From the NCBI GenBank assembly GCA_964016885.1, contig OZ024755.1, forward strand, positions 21,514,001 through 21,578,000: a stretch of DNA of 64,000 nucleotides. The letters run 5' to 3'. The notes beneath the pieces are model-generated. The model made no database searches, was not told where the DNA came from, and saw only the letters and a program-made list of their open reading frames with translations. Shown here piece after piece: positions 62,093 to 64,000 of this stretch (positions within the stretch are counted from its first letter, which is position 1; each line of letters opens with the position of its first letter). A program made the translations under genes and the position numbers. Source of the DNA: Eledone cirrhosa (taxonomy: Eukaryota).

Positions 62093-64000
62093 CAGTGAGT
62101 CCTCGATATACGGTATATATGCGTTCCTGAAACCCTTACCGTATATCGAATTACCGTATAAAGAACTCATTGTAACATGAAATAGATAGGGATGCGTTCC
62201 AGCACATCGAAAAAGTCATCCCTACAGAAAAGAAATAATATTTTTTTTTTATTTACTGTACCTTACACATGCCGCGTGGTCCATCAGATGATGTGCCACT
62301 TCATTTGTCCCTCCCGAGGCTAAGGGACAGTATGGGTTTCAGCCCTTACTCATCTTGGGCTGAGTTGGCAAGGGAGGATGAAGGTGATGTGGGAGGCTCA
62401 AAACCAACAAACTCGTTGACTGCAGTGGATGTTGAAGGGCCAGCTGTAGCACGGTTGGCAGGTGTGACTGGCTTGAAGAAAGAGTAGATGGAGGACTGTT
62501 TGGCGGTGTTTCTTTTGGCTTCATACATTTCTTGGTAAATCTTGACGCTTTTCTCGACGTCTTGAGCCACTTTGCTGCTCCTAGCAGGGTTGGGGTCACA
62601 CTCCTTCAGGGTTTCTAAGATTGTTTCGATACTCCCGAGACATTCTCTTAGAGTTTTTATGTCCAAGCCACGCACAGGTTCTTCGTCCTCCTCTTCTTCT
62701 TGTTCTGTCTCCTGTATCGCCTTGTCTAGTTCTATGAGTTCATCATTGGAGAGTGGTTCAGCATGGCTTTCCAAAAGGTCTTGCACATCATCATCATTAA
62801 CACCATCGAAGCCAGCTCTATGGCAGAGATTTACAATATCTTTTTTTATCGCACCAATGTCCTCAGCAAAGCCTTGGAAGTCATTCACAGATGCTGGCCA
62901 TAATTTCTTCCAGGCCATGGTAGACTGCTTCACTTCTTCCCAAGATGCCTTGATGTTGTTTAAGCCGTGCTTGATGTACAATTTCCACCATTCCCTGATC
63001 GTGGGCTTGTCAGGCCCATCTGTGCCCTTTATCAGCTGCTGCATGGTTCTCCGCTGGTAGTATGCCTTAAATGTTTTGATGACTGTTTGATCCATCGGCT
63101 GAATGAGAGCTGTGGTGTTTGGGGGGGGGGGGGGGGGCAAAACCTCAATATTTTCTGACCAGTCTTCCATTGCCCGTGGGTGGCTGGAGGCGTTGTCCAT
63201 TAATAGCAGAAAACGATTGGCAATGTTGTTAGCTAATGCATATTCCTTAAGGGTTGTTGACAGATATGAGGTGAAAAAATCCTGGTGAATTGAAATGATC
63301 AGCCATGCCTTCTTATTAGACTTCCATATCACTGGTAGGTATTGCTTAAGTAACCCCTTGAGTGCTCTTGGAGTTTCAGAATGGTAGATAATAAGTGGCT
63401 TTAGCTTTAAATCTCCTTCTGCATTCCCTCCAAGTAACAGAGTAACGCGGTCCTTTGAGGCTTTGAAACCCTTCGCACTTTTCTCCTCCTTGTCAATTAA
63501 TGGTACTACTGGTCATCTTTTTCCAATAAAGTCCTGTTTCATCATAATTAATAACCTGCTTTTTTCTGTACCCCTTCTCTGCAATGCATTTCTCTAACTC
63601 TGCCTTGAATTTTTCAGCACTCTCTTTGTCGGAACTGGCAGCCTCACCTGTAACTTTTATGTTGTGAAGACTCGAACATCGTTTGAACTTATCAAACCAG
63701 CCTTTGCTTGCCTTGAATACAAAGTCCTCCACCCCCATTTCAGTCTTGAGCATGTCAATAATGGACAATGCTTTCTCACTGATTACATTTAAAGACAGAG
63801 GCATATTTTGATGATTTTGGTCGTCGATCCAAATTTTGAGCAACCTTTCCATCCTATCCATAATCGGCTCACGATGTTTGGTCAACAATTTACTCTGCAG
63901 ACTCGTAGTATTCTCCACAGCTTTTTCTGACAGCCTCACTATTTTTTAAAACAGTCAAGACTGTAGACTCGGCTAGGCCTAAGTTAACACTTATGGTGGA
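62093..64000 (-). mobile_element. Tigger/pogo DNA transposon (CENP-B HTH + DDE_1 transposase), frameshifted, runs off the window
   Basis: TA|cagtgagtcctcgatatacg terminus; FKASKGWFDKFK, VINYDETGLYWK, LLLMDNASSHP, PPNTTALIQPMDQ. Confidence 0.93.

Noticed and set aside
62346-63939. Domesticated TIGD/CENP-B-like host gene
   Set aside because: The frame is broken between the two ORFs and a TIR with TA flank is present, so it is a transposon copy.

Overview
AT-rich, intron- and repeat-dense animal genomic DNA. It is not prokaryotic, and most ORF-track entries are repeat-derived or spurious. The SINE/RTE repertoire resembles an octopod or other coleoid cephalopod (inference). Two spliced genes were reconstructed by hand. 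They lie head-to-head, with 359 bp between their ATGs. On the minus strand is a 14-exon mitochondrial glutamyl-tRNA synthetase (EARS2-like, 529 aa, 40206->16030). On the plus strand is a 6-exon mitochondrial import J-protein (DNAJC19/TIM14/Pam18-like, 116 aa, 40566->44780). The rest is RTE, CR1, CRE and Tx1-like LINE relics, a Penelope-like element, mariner, Tigger/pogo, Chapaev-like, hAT and piggyBac-type DNA elements, many tRNA-derived SINEs, minisatellites and microsatellites. Main observations: (i) a dispersed set of type I hammerhead-ribozyme motifs, several inside long fold-back palindromes next to (TA)n tracts; (ii) an exact second copy of EARS2 exon 3 with its own AG/GT; (iii) inverted RTE copies tightly flanking the frame-symmetric exon 5; (iv) minisatellites whose monomers trace to a hAT MITE and to an RTE 3' end. 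Coordinates were read by eye: exon boundaries are to the base, repeat boundaries are approximate.
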